The translations under genes and the position numbers were made by a program. 64,000 nucleotides of DNA from contig CAJUAK010000003.1 of assembly GCA_910584385.1 (NCBI GenBank), positions 9,206-73,205 of the forward strand, read 5' to 3'. A model generated the notes under the pieces. The model saw only the letters and a program-made list of their open reading frames with translations. It did not search any database and was not told the origin of the DNA. This document shows, piece by piece, positions 46,449 to 54,802 of this stretch (position 1 is the stretch's first letter; each line of letters opens with the position of its first letter). The DNA is from an uncultured Alphaproteobacteria bacterium. Lineage in GTDB: Bacteria > Pseudomonadota > Alphaproteobacteria > RF32 > CAG-239.

Positions 46449-46670
46449 ATGAAAAATGATATCAGAGATACGAAAAATGACGTTATTGAAAGGAATATTG
46501 TTTTAATCAGCAAAATCTATGAAAGCTTTGAAGTCTTGGAGGAAACCCTTGGAGGCCTTAAGCTTGAAGAACCCCTCTTTATTATTAACGCTGCAAAAAA
46601 ATCTTTTGCAAACAGTGTTTATAACAGCATTAAAGGCAATGACCTTTATAAAGCGCATTTCAAAAATTAA
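46449..46670 (+). CDS. Small hypothetical protein, paralog A (73 aa)
   Basis: MKNDIRDTKNDVIERNIVLISKIYESFEVLEETLGGLKLEEPLF... The SD ACGGAG lies 8 nt upstream of the ATG at 46449. About two-thirds identical to paralog B. Confidence 0.7.
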   Translation: MKNDIRDTKNDVIERNIVLISKIYESFEVLEETLGGLKLEEPLFIINAAKKSFANSVYNSIKGNDLYKAHFKN

Positions 46671-46695
46671 AATTATTATCAATTTATCCCCTCAT

Positions 46696-46739
46696 CCTGA
46701 ATATTTGCCTTCCCCCTCTTAAATATTCAGGATTTTTTT
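46696..46739 (+). terminator. Terminator of paralog A
   Basis: cctgaatattt ... aaatattcagg stem plus a T-run. Confidence 0.85.
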
Positions 46740-46879
46740 ATATTCTAAAAACCGTCCATATAAAACAGATACTCAAGCATAGAGTGTACGAATTTTACGA
46801 TAGCTGTTGCCGTTTTTTACTTATATACTTTTTTTGCGCCCCGTTTAATAATATAAGCATGACAACAAAGGAGGCTAAA

Positions 46880-47101
46880 ATGAAAAAAGATATGAGAGAC
46901 GAAACAGATAACGTTATTGAAAGAAATATCGTTTTAATCGGCAAGATTTACGAAAGCTTTGAAGCTCTGGAAGAAACTCTCGGAACCCTCAAGCTTGAAG
47001 AACCTCTCTTTTTAACTTATGTTGCCAAAAAAGCTTTCGCAAACAGCGTTTACAACAACCTCAAAAACGATAACACATACAAGACTAGGTTTAATAACTA
47101 A
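46880..47101 (+). CDS. Small hypothetical protein, paralog B (73 aa)
   Basis: MKKDMRDETDNVIERNIVLIGKIYESFEALEETLGTLKLEEPLF... The SD AAGGAGG lies at 46868-46874. Confidence 0.7.
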   Translation: MKKDMRDETDNVIERNIVLIGKIYESFEALEETLGTLKLEEPLFLTYVAKKAFANSVYNNLKNDNTYKTRFNN

Positions 47102-47124
47102 AAAATGACTATTTTACTCCCTGT

Positions 47125-47168
47125 CCTGAATATTCTCTTCCCCCTCTTTGAATATTCAGGATTTTTTT
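47125..47168 (+). terminator. Terminator of paralog B
   Basis: cctgaatatt ... aatattcagg stem plus a T-run. Confidence 0.85.
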
Positions 47169-47169
47169 A

Positions 47170-49122
47170 TTACTTCATATAGTTCAACAAAGACGCATTT
47201 AAGGCTTGTTGTAAAGCGGCATATGAACTATTTAGCGTGTTATAAGCCATTATTGCCTTGGTCAAAGCCTCTTCCCTGTTAACATTCTTAAGCGAATCGA
47301 CACTATTTTCCAGATTTGTTTTAACCTGAGTCAAATTATCATTGGCATTGTTCAAAACAATATAGTTAGAATTTATTTTCGCCTGAATGGTATATAAATC
47401 GGCATTTTTTCCTTCCGCGTTTTTACCGCCGTTAAAAATACCTTCGCTTACCAAATCCAATGCCTCGTTTATTCTGTCAACGACTGTCTGCGGATCTATT
47501 AAGCTGTCCAAATCATCCGCAGGGTCTCTTGTGTCGACCAAATTGCCCTGAGCGATGGTTCCCAAAGCTCTGAACAATTTTTCAAAGGCCGGGTCTTTGG
47601 CATTGATATCCATCGTTACCGACTGGTTTTCGGTTATCATTCTTTCTGTCGACAAATCTCCGCCGCGGTAATAAGATTCGGCGCTCATTTCCCAGTTAGG
47701 AGAATCAATTGTAATATCAATCCAGCGGTCAGGATTCATCGTTACATAAAGCTCTTTGCCATCTGCGCTGACGCCGGTTACCTGGACATTTTCAGCAATA
47801 TTCCGGTTTATATCCTGAAAACCGTTCATGTTTATAACTGCCCCCACCGGAAAAGAAGTGCTGAAAGTTACATTATTTGTAACGCCGCCGTCGGTATATT
47901 CCCCATTGGGAAGTGTCGGGTCAGCCTGAGGGCGAATCGGCGTTTTTTCATCGAAAGTTATTGTCCGCCCGTCTTCTGAAACAGATTTTATGATATAAGC
48001 ACCGTTTTTATCATCTCCGGCATTATTAATCACCAGCGTATCTCCGGCGCTCAAAGAATTGAAGGCTCCGTATTCCTGCGCATAAATTGTGTTATTCGCC
48101 GCATCAAAAGTGATGTCTCCGGTTGTTTTTTCATTAGCCTTCACGGCTTCTTTTAAGAAAGCTCCGGCATTTTCTGCGGTAATAACGCCATGGTTACCGC
48201 CTTCAGGCGCTGTGCTAAGCGTTATTTTTCCGGTCTCGCGGGAAGTAACATTCCGGTTGCTCAAATTGGCACTGGTATTTTGCGGGTATTGGATATTTAT
48301 TCCGTCATAATAGCTCTGGAACTCTTCCAATGTGTTAAACGGGAAGCTGATGGGCGCCTGTGAGGAAACGCCGCCGCCAAATATATATTTCCCGTTAACA
48401 TATGTGTTTAAGCTGTCCGCAATCATTTTCATTGCCGAAAAGGCGCTGGTTTGCAACTGCTGCATATTAAGGTACTGGTCTTTGCCCATGATATGCGGTT
48501 CTCCCGTTGCCACATTTGGCGAATCCAAAACCGTCGATGTGCCGTTTACCGTATACAGCGGAAAAGTAAACTTGTTCCCTTCAAAAGCAAAATCCGGATT
48601 ATCTGCCGAAAATTTCTGCTTTAAAGCTTCAACAACTTCCGTACCATAATCATCTGAATTCGGATCAAGAGCGCCGATATCAATATTTGTATCCAACGCG
48701 GCGTCTGCTGCAAAAGTATATTGCGTCCCGTTTAAGGTCAAAGTCTTCCCGATCAGGCTTTCGCCTTTGCTAAAGACGAGCTCGCCTCCTGTATAATCCG
48801 GGGTAATGTTCGGCAAATCCTGGCCGCTGAAATCATTTAGAATCGATTTGAAATCATTAATCGACTTGTCAATCGCTTCCACAGAAGTATTTAACGCTTT
48901 TATCTCGACTTCCAGAATTTTGTTATTTTCCATAAAGTTGCTGGTAACGCCCAGAGCGGCCTCCAGATTGACAATGTTATAGGCACTCATGCCATAACCT
49001 GAATAATTCGGCGCTTTCAAGCCTGTTGTAGCCTGGAATGTATATAAATCAAGCTGATATTGGTTATTTAACGTGTGCCGCGTTAAATTCATCTGACTCG
49101 CATAAGTGGGAACCCTAACCAT
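47170..49122 (-). CDS. flgL: Flagellar hook-associated protein 3 (FlgL), unusually long (about 650 aa)
   Basis: The N-terminal VRVPTYASQMNLTRHTLNNQYQLDLYTFQATTGLK and the C-terminal flagellin-like helix ...YNTLNSSYAALQQALNASLLNYMK. The SD AGGAGG (49129-49134) precedes the ATG at 49122. Confidence 0.8.
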   Translation of the reverse strand: MVRVPTYASQMNLTRHTLNNQYQLDLYTFQATTGLKAPNYSGYGMSAYNIVNLEAALGVTSNFMENNKILEVEIKALNTSVEAIDKSINDFKSILNDFSGQDLPNITPDYTGGELVFSKGESLIGKTLTLNGTQYTFAADAALDTNIDIGALDPNSDDYGTEVVEALKQKFSADNPDFAFEGNKFTFPLYTVNGTSTVLDSPNVATGEPHIMGKDQYLNMQQLQTSAFSAMKMIADSLNTYVNGKYIFGGGVSSQAPISFPFNTLEEFQSYYDGINIQYPQNTSANLSNRNVTSRETGKITLSTAPEGGNHGVITAENAGAFLKEAVKANEKTTGDITFDAANNTIYAQEYGAFNSLSAGDTLVINNAGDDKNGAYIIKSVSEDGRTITFDEKTPIRPQADPTLPNGEYTDGGVTNNVTFSTSFPVGAVINMNGFQDINRNIAENVQVTGVSADGKELYVTMNPDRWIDITIDSPNWEMSAESYYRGGDLSTERMITENQSVTMDINAKDPAFEKLFRALGTIAQGNLVDTRDPADDLDSLIDPQTVVDRINEALDLVSEGIFNGGKNAEGKNADLYTIQAKINSNYIVLNNANDNLTQVKTNLENSVDSLKNVNREEALTKAIMAYNTLNSSYAALQQALNASLLNYMK

Positions 49123-49132
49123 CATACACCTC

Positions 49133-51316
49133 CTATACAATGCTCATGAGCATATCTAAAATTTCTTTTGCCGCCGTAAATGTTTTTGCGCAAGCGGCGT
49201 AAGTTTGCTGGTAGATTATCATTTGAGACAATTCTTCATCAATATCGACGCCGCTGACCTGCGCTTCCTTTAATGAAATTGAATAAGTCAACTCCTCCTG
49301 ATAAGCCAACGCGCTCTGCGCATTGCTGGTTTGCGACGCAATGTTTCCCACAAAAGTGGATGCATAGTTGCCTAATGTTGTTTTGGTGGATGCGATTGTT
49401 CCCGCCTGCCCAAAATCAACTGTTGTGGTAAAGACTTTTGCCATATCGTTTGCAATATTATTTGAAGACGGATTCATCTGATATTCGCCGCTGTCCGGGT
49501 TAAATTCCGGCGTGCCTGAGGATATCAGGCTCGGATTAAGCTGCAAGTCCTCCCGAACGCCGATATTTCCGGATACGCTGGTATAAGACGGATTTAAGCC
49601 AATCCGGTTAATCAGCGTTGATGCGTTGGCAACTCCCGGATTTTCGGTTATTTCCATTTGTCCGCCGGTATTATTGATAATCCTCAGCATATACCCGCTT
49701 CCATTCGGAACCAAAGAAGCAACAATATTCTGGTTTAAATCTTCATTAGAATTTATTTTATTTACAATATCCTGCAAACTATCGGTGCTGGTTATGGTTA
49801 TGCTTCCGGCGATGCCTCCGGCTTCCTCCGTGGAAAACTGCCAGATAACCGGATTTCCATGGACGCCTAAATTTGCATTTTTGCTCAGGACTTTAGAATC
49901 ATAAACATATTCAGAATCGCTTACAAAAAAGTCGTTTAGCCCTAAAAAGCTTGAAAATCCTTCGAATTCCCGGTTGTAATAATCATCTCCCGTGGCATCA
50001 AAACTGACTGTTACATCCTGCTGGGCGCTTCCCGGCGTGGACGATGCCTCATCCATAATTGAAATGGTATATTCGCTGTTTTTGGTATCAATATAAAAAT
50101 GTCCGCTCTTATCTACCCCGACAACGGCATCCGTTAATCCGGGACCGCTCGGCGAACGCAGCCAGTCTTGAATAGTTGATGCAAGATTGTCAACCGTATC
50201 CCCGTCATCGGGAAAACCCATGCCGCCCAGCAAAGTTGTCGAACTAACCTCTTTGCCATCCTTGTCAAAAATTGTAAAACGCACATCGCCATTGCTTATT
50301 TTGACTTGCTGGCGCGCCGAATTTACAAATTCTCTGGTTCCGCTCAACTCATAAGGCATCGAAGGGTATGCCGTTCCGCGGTTGTGTATCTGGTTGACAG
50401 AGTCTTGAAGATTCCCTGCCAATTGGTCAAGCTGTGTCTGCAATGAGGGCAGAATTTCATCACGGACTTCGATCAGCCCCTTTAGCTCGCCATCTTTTAT
50501 TTTAGAAGTGATATCAACACCGTCAACATAAATCCCGTTAATTCCGCCGCCGGCATAAGATATTGTCGGGCTGGCCTGCGCAATGGCGCCATGCGTCAAA
50601 TAATGCGGGTCTTTATCAAGAAGCGTCATGCCGCTGCTTTGAATAACAATTTCGCCGTTATTGCGTTCAAAATAAGAAATGTCCAACATTTCGCTTAAAT
50701 CGCGCAGGGCGGCATCGCGCTGGTCAAGCAAGTCGGCTTTTCCATCATAGCCCAATACCGTATATTTTACGATATCATCATTTAATTCATCAATCGTCTG
50801 CAGGGTTTTATTGATTTTCTGAACCGCATTTTCGACATCGACATCAGCATCGCCGCGCAGCTTTTGTATTTCCGTCGTGAGGGAGTTCAACCTTCCTGCA
50901 AGGCTTTGCGCCGTGTTTAACAATCCATAACGCCCTGAAGCCGATGTTACATCCGCGGCAAAAGTATCAAAAGCCGTTTGCAGGCTTGCCACATTGGCAG
51001 CAATTGAATTATTGCTGGAAGGCGTTCCAAGCAGAAGTTCTGTTTTGCTTAAATAATCATGCTGCGCGCTTAAATTTTTCTGTTGCGAATTTGCCGCCAG
51101 ATAGCTTTTTAACAAGCCCTCATCAACTTTACGCCCGATTTCGCCTAATTCCACGCCACAGCTATAGCCGGCCAGAACCAGATTGTTTTGCTGGGCAACT
51201 TTTCTGGTGTAATTTGGCGTATCAACATTCGCAATATTTTGGCTGACAAGCCCTAATTGGCTTTGAGCCACTTTCATTCCGCTTATCGATGTTTGTAATC
51301 CTGCTAATAATGACAT
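49133..51316 (-). CDS. flgK: Flagellar hook-associated protein 1 (FlgK)
   Basis: MSLLAGLQTSISGMKVAQSQLGLVSQNIANVDTPNYTRK at the N-terminus, and the C-terminal SGVDIDEELSQMIIYQQTYAACAK. Confidence 0.92.
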   Translation of the reverse strand: MSLLAGLQTSISGMKVAQSQLGLVSQNIANVDTPNYTRKVAQQNNLVLAGYSCGVELGEIGRKVDEGLLKSYLAANSQQKNLSAQHDYLSKTELLLGTPSSNNSIAANVASLQTAFDTFAADVTSASGRYGLLNTAQSLAGRLNSLTTEIQKLRGDADVDVENAVQKINKTLQTIDELNDDIVKYTVLGYDGKADLLDQRDAALRDLSEMLDISYFERNNGEIVIQSSGMTLLDKDPHYLTHGAIAQASPTISYAGGGINGIYVDGVDITSKIKDGELKGLIEVRDEILPSLQTQLDQLAGNLQDSVNQIHNRGTAYPSMPYELSGTREFVNSARQQVKISNGDVRFTIFDKDGKEVSSTTLLGGMGFPDDGDTVDNLASTIQDWLRSPSGPGLTDAVVGVDKSGHFYIDTKNSEYTISIMDEASSTPGSAQQDVTVSFDATGDDYYNREFEGFSSFLGLNDFFVSDSEYVYDSKVLSKNANLGVHGNPVIWQFSTEEAGGIAGSITITSTDSLQDIVNKINSNEDLNQNIVASLVPNGSGYMLRIINNTGGQMEITENPGVANASTLINRIGLNPSYTSVSGNIGVREDLQLNPSLISSGTPEFNPDSGEYQMNPSSNNIANDMAKVFTTTVDFGQAGTIASTKTTLGNYASTFVGNIASQTSNAQSALAYQEELTYSISLKEAQVSGVDIDEELSQMIIYQQTYAACAKTFTAAKEILDMLMSIV

Positions 51317-51328
51317 GCTTCTGCCCTC

Positions 51329-51781
51329 CTAAAGCGTCCGGTTGATTGCCAGCGCATTATGATTATTATCCAACGGCGAATAGGCGCCGCTCGCCCCGTA
51401 TGATGTGGAACGGCTGTTATTGGTCGCTTTCGCTATGCGGATAATCGTATCCAAAACATTTTGGCTGGTTTCCATTCTGGTCTTTAACAAAATATCATTT
51501 TCTTTAAGCTTTTCCTCAAGCGCGAGGGATAAATCCTTTAAATTATTTCTGGTCTCTTCCGGGAGCTCTTTTAATGAATCGCGGTTTTTAATAAGATAGG
51601 CGGTCAAATTGCGATAGGAGCTGACCAGCTTTATTTTATTTTCATAAAGCTTTTCAACCATATCCGTGTCTAATTTGCGCAAAGCTGCGTTTTCCGCATC
51701 CAGCACCTCAGAAAAACGTGCCACGATATCAATAAAATCATGAACTTTTTTAACTGTTTCATTATTTTCATTTATTTCCAT
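51329..51781 (-). CDS. flgN: FlgN-like flagellar export chaperone
   Basis: 150-aa helical protein positioned between flgJ and flgK. It has an FlgN-like L..E..AL......+...L...K..L pattern. Confidence 0.5.
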   Translation of the reverse strand: MEINENNETVKKVHDFIDIVARFSEVLDAENAALRKLDTDMVEKLYENKIKLVSSYRNLTAYLIKNRDSLKELPEETRNNLKDLSLALEEKLKENDILLKTRMETSQNVLDTIIRIAKATNNSRSTSYGASGAYSPLDNNHNALAINRTL

Positions 51782-52152
51782 GACGCCATCCTCCCTTCTG
51801 CTTCAATATATCCTTTGCTGTCCATTTCCTGCATTTCCAAAATGGAAGACATTACATAATCTTTTACGCCAATTCCGCCGCTTTGAGCCATCGCTTTGCC
51901 ATATTCGTCAAGCAACATGGAACGGTATATTTTTTCTGCATTTCCGCCGCCAAACAAGCCATCTGTCGATATGCCTTCAAACATTGACTCCATCATCCGG
52001 CTCAGGAAAAAAGCTTCAAAACTGGTAGCGGTTTCTTCAATTTGCGCTTGCAGCTTTTTATCCTGCAATGAGGATAGTTTTTGAGATGCGGCAGACTGCG
52101 CCGGCATCTGCCAGCGTATATCCGCAATATTATTTTCCAGCCCCGTATTCAT
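51772..52152 (-). CDS. flgJ: Flagellar rod-binding protein (FlgJ N-terminal domain only)
   Basis: FEAFFLSRMMESMFEG....LFGGGNAEKIYRSMLLDEYGKAMAQSGGIG is the Rod-binding domain. There is no muramidase domain. Confidence 0.8.
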   Translation of the reverse strand: MNTGLENNIADIRWQMPAQSAASQKLSSLQDKKLQAQIEETATSFEAFFLSRMMESMFEGISTDGLFGGGNAEKIYRSMLLDEYGKAMAQSGGIGVKDYVMSSILEMQEMDSKGYIEAEGRMASWK

Positions 52153-52153
52153 C

Positions 52154-53278
52154 TTAAATCACCTCAATTTCTGCCTGCAAAGCGCCGCTTGCTTTAACTG
52201 CCTGAAGAATGCTAATCAAATCTCTCGGCGTAACGCCCAGGGCATTCAACCCATCTACCAATTCCTGCAAGCTGACACCGGTATCCAAAACGCTCAGCTT
52301 GGCATCAACGCCTTCATTGACATCTACAACGCTGTTAACGCCGACAACTGTTTCTCCGTTGCTAAACGGAAGCGGTTGAGACACCCACGGCGTTTCTGTA
52401 ATTTTTATTGTGAGGTTTCCCTGGGCAATCGCCAGCCTGTTTATTTTTACATCTTTGCCAATCACGACAATTCCCGAACCTTCATCAATCACAACCCTTG
52501 CCAATTGGTCGGGTTGAACTTTCAGTTGTTCGATTTTTGTCATTAAATCAACAATCTTATCTTTATATTCTTCAGGAACATCCATAGAAACCGTAGAAGG
52601 GTCAACCGATTTTGCAATATCCTGCCCTAAAAATGCATTAATCGCATCGGCAACTCTGCGGGATGTCGTGAAATCAGGATTGCGCAACGCAATGCGGATA
52701 ACATCCAAGCTGTCTAAGTTAAAAGGTATTTCATTTTCGATAATCGCGCCATTGGCGATGCGCCCGGCTGTCGGAACGCCTTTCACAACGGACTGGGTCG
52801 CTCCTCTTCCGGCAATACCGGAAACGGCTATCTGCCCCTGGGCCACGGCATAAATCTCGCCGTCCGCACCTTGCAAAGGCGTTGCAATCAAAGTTCCGCC
52901 CTGTAAATTTTTGGCATCGCCCATGGCGCTGACCATAACGTCTATACGGCTTCCCTGGCGCCCAAACGCCGGAAGGTTTGCCGTAACCATAACCGCAGCA
53001 ACATTCTTTGCTTTCAACTGCCCGTCCCTGGCGTTGATTCCTATCTTATCCAACATGGAAATCAGGCTTTCTCTTGTAAAGTCAATAGATTTTATATTAT
53101 CGCCCGTTCCATTTAGGCCAACAACCAGTCCATATCCTATCAGCATATTGTCTCTGACGCCTTCGAAATCTGCAATATCTTTAATACGCGAAGCGGCATC
53201 CGCCTTGCCGGCCGATAAGCAGAATAAGGCGGAAACTAACGCTAAAACAGCAGATTTTCTTAGGTTGCGCAGTAACAT
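52154..53278 (-). CDS. flgI: Flagellar P-ring protein
   Basis: Signal peptide, then RIKDIADFEGVRDNMLIGYGLVVGLNGTGD. Confidence 0.95.
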   Translation of the reverse strand: MLLRNLRKSAVLALVSALFCLSAGKADAASRIKDIADFEGVRDNMLIGYGLVVGLNGTGDNIKSIDFTRESLISMLDKIGINARDGQLKAKNVAAVMVTANLPAFGRQGSRIDVMVSAMGDAKNLQGGTLIATPLQGADGEIYAVAQGQIAVSGIAGRGATQSVVKGVPTAGRIANGAIIENEIPFNLDSLDVIRIALRNPDFTTSRRVADAINAFLGQDIAKSVDPSTVSMDVPEEYKDKIVDLMTKIEQLKVQPDQLARVVIDEGSGIVVIGKDVKINRLAIAQGNLTIKITETPWVSQPLPFSNGETVVGVNSVVDVNEGVDAKLSVLDTGVSLQELVDGLNALGVTPRDLISILQAVKASGALQAEIEVI

Positions 53279-53352
53279 ATCTCTATAATCCCAATAAAAT
53301 AAACATATCGTTACGGGACTATATGCAAATTACATGCCAAATATTTTAGAAT

Positions 53353-54798
53353 TTAAAGATATTTCAGAATAACTTCCTGATCGCTGAAAGGATAAACTTT
53401 ACCCATGATATATTGCCCTGTTTCATGCCCCTTTCCGGCAACAAGCAAAATATCGCCTTTGGCAAGCCCTGCCACGGCCAAACGGATGGCCTCTTCGCGA
53501 TTGCCTATATTTTGGGCATGCGGGCAGCCGGCCATAATCTGGCGCCTGATTTCTTCCGGGTTTTCCGTACGCGGGTTATCATCCGCCACATAAACAACAT
53601 CCGCCAATTCTTCTGCCAGCTTTCCCATTACCGGACGCTTCGAATTATCGCGGTCTCCGCCGCAGCCAAACACAACATGAAGTTTTGCCTTCGTATGCTC
53701 GCGCAGGGCACGGAGCGTATTTTCCAAGGCATCCGGCGTGTGGGCATAATCTACAAAAACCGCTGCGCCGCCCTGCGTTTCGCCAACAAGCTCCATCCGC
53801 CCTTTTGCCCCTTTTATTTGCGGAACATATTCGACAATATTTTCAGCAGAACCTGTCATCGCAGCAACCAAGCCCATGGCGCATAAAACATTCATGGCTT
53901 GAAATGCGCCAGCGAGCGGAATATAAAAATTATGCTCCTTTCCAAAGAAACGGATATGCAGATTTTGCCCTTTGGGAAGCGCTTCGCTTTTTAAAAGTTT
54001 AATTTTATCGCCGTTTATTCCATAGCTCCAAACTTGTTTTCCGCTTTTTAGGCATGCTTCGCGCAAACGCCCATAAACATCAATATCCGCATTCAAAACC
54101 GCAATGCCGCCTGTTTCCAGGATTTTCGTAAACAATCCTTCTTTGGCCTGATAATAATTTTCCATGGTTTTGTGATAATCCAAATGGTCAAGCGTAAGGT
54201 TTGTAAAGCCGGCATTTTTTATACGCGCAGCGCCTATGCGCTTTTGCGCAATTCCATGGCTGGAAGCTTCCATAATCGTATAGCTAAATCCTTCTTTGGA
54301 CAATTCATCCAGCCATTTGTGGATGGAAATGCAATTCGGCGTGGTGTTTGGCGAAGGGATTGGCGCTTCATTGTTTTTGATAATGCCGAGCGTGCCGATA
54401 CTTGCCGCTTTTTTGCCTTGCATAACCAAAATCTGGCGGACAAAATCGGCAATCGACGTCTTGCCGTTGGTTCCGGTTATGGCGGCCAGATGCTGCGGCT
54501 GTTCCGGATAATAGGCGGCCGCAATTTTCGCCATATCGTCTGCCGGATTTTCTGATTTTAAGAAAACAACATTTGAAAATCCTTCAGGAATTTCATAGCT
54601 TCCGCCATAAAGGATTGCCGACGCCCCGTTTTGAAGCGCCGGCAGGATATAATCGTTGCCTTTCGTCTTTTCGCCGTCTATGGCTGCAAAAAGGAAACCT
54701 TTCTCCGTTTTTCTGGAATCTAAGGCTAAGCCCAAGATATCAGGATCACTCCCTTTGAATTGCAAGTCAGTTTTCCCGATAAGCGTGCTCAGCCTCAT
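53353..54798 (-). CDS. murE: UDP-N-acetylmuramoyl-L-alanyl-D-glutamate--2,6-diaminopimelate ligase
   Basis: ITGTNGKTS P-loop, and a DNPR motif (ADDNPRTE) that indicates meso-DAP specificity. Confidence 0.92.
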   Translation of the reverse strand: MRLSTLIGKTDLQFKGSDPDILGLALDSRKTEKGFLFAAIDGEKTKGNDYILPALQNGASAILYGGSYEIPEGFSNVVFLKSENPADDMAKIAAAYYPEQPQHLAAITGTNGKTSIADFVRQILVMQGKKAASIGTLGIIKNNEAPIPSPNTTPNCISIHKWLDELSKEGFSYTIMEASSHGIAQKRIGAARIKNAGFTNLTLDHLDYHKTMENYYQAKEGLFTKILETGGIAVLNADIDVYGRLREACLKSGKQVWSYGINGDKIKLLKSEALPKGQNLHIRFFGKEHNFYIPLAGAFQAMNVLCAMGLVAAMTGSAENIVEYVPQIKGAKGRMELVGETQGGAAVFVDYAHTPDALENTLRALREHTKAKLHVVFGCGGDRDNSKRPVMGKLAEELADVVYVADDNPRTENPEEIRRQIMAGCPHAQNIGNREEAIRLAVAGLAKGDILLVAGKGHETGQYIMGKVYPFSDQEVILKYL

Positions 54799-54802
54799 AT
54801 CT

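Larger units (their letters stand above)
46340..47168 (+). repeat. Tandem duplication (period about 435 bp) of a complete promoter-ORF-terminator cassette
   Basis: The upstream block GTACGAnTTTTnCGATAnCTG...ATATACTTTTTT...ATAATATAAGCA, the ORF, and the terminator CCTGAATATT..TTCCCCCTCTT..AATATTCAGGATTTTTTT are all present twice. Confidence 0.85.

Noticed and set aside
46331-46513. 60-aa hydrophobic minus-strand ORF overlapping the start of small gene A
   Set aside because: It overlaps the conserved promoter/SD block and the 5' end of a gene supported by a paralog. There is no equivalent ORF in the second cassette.
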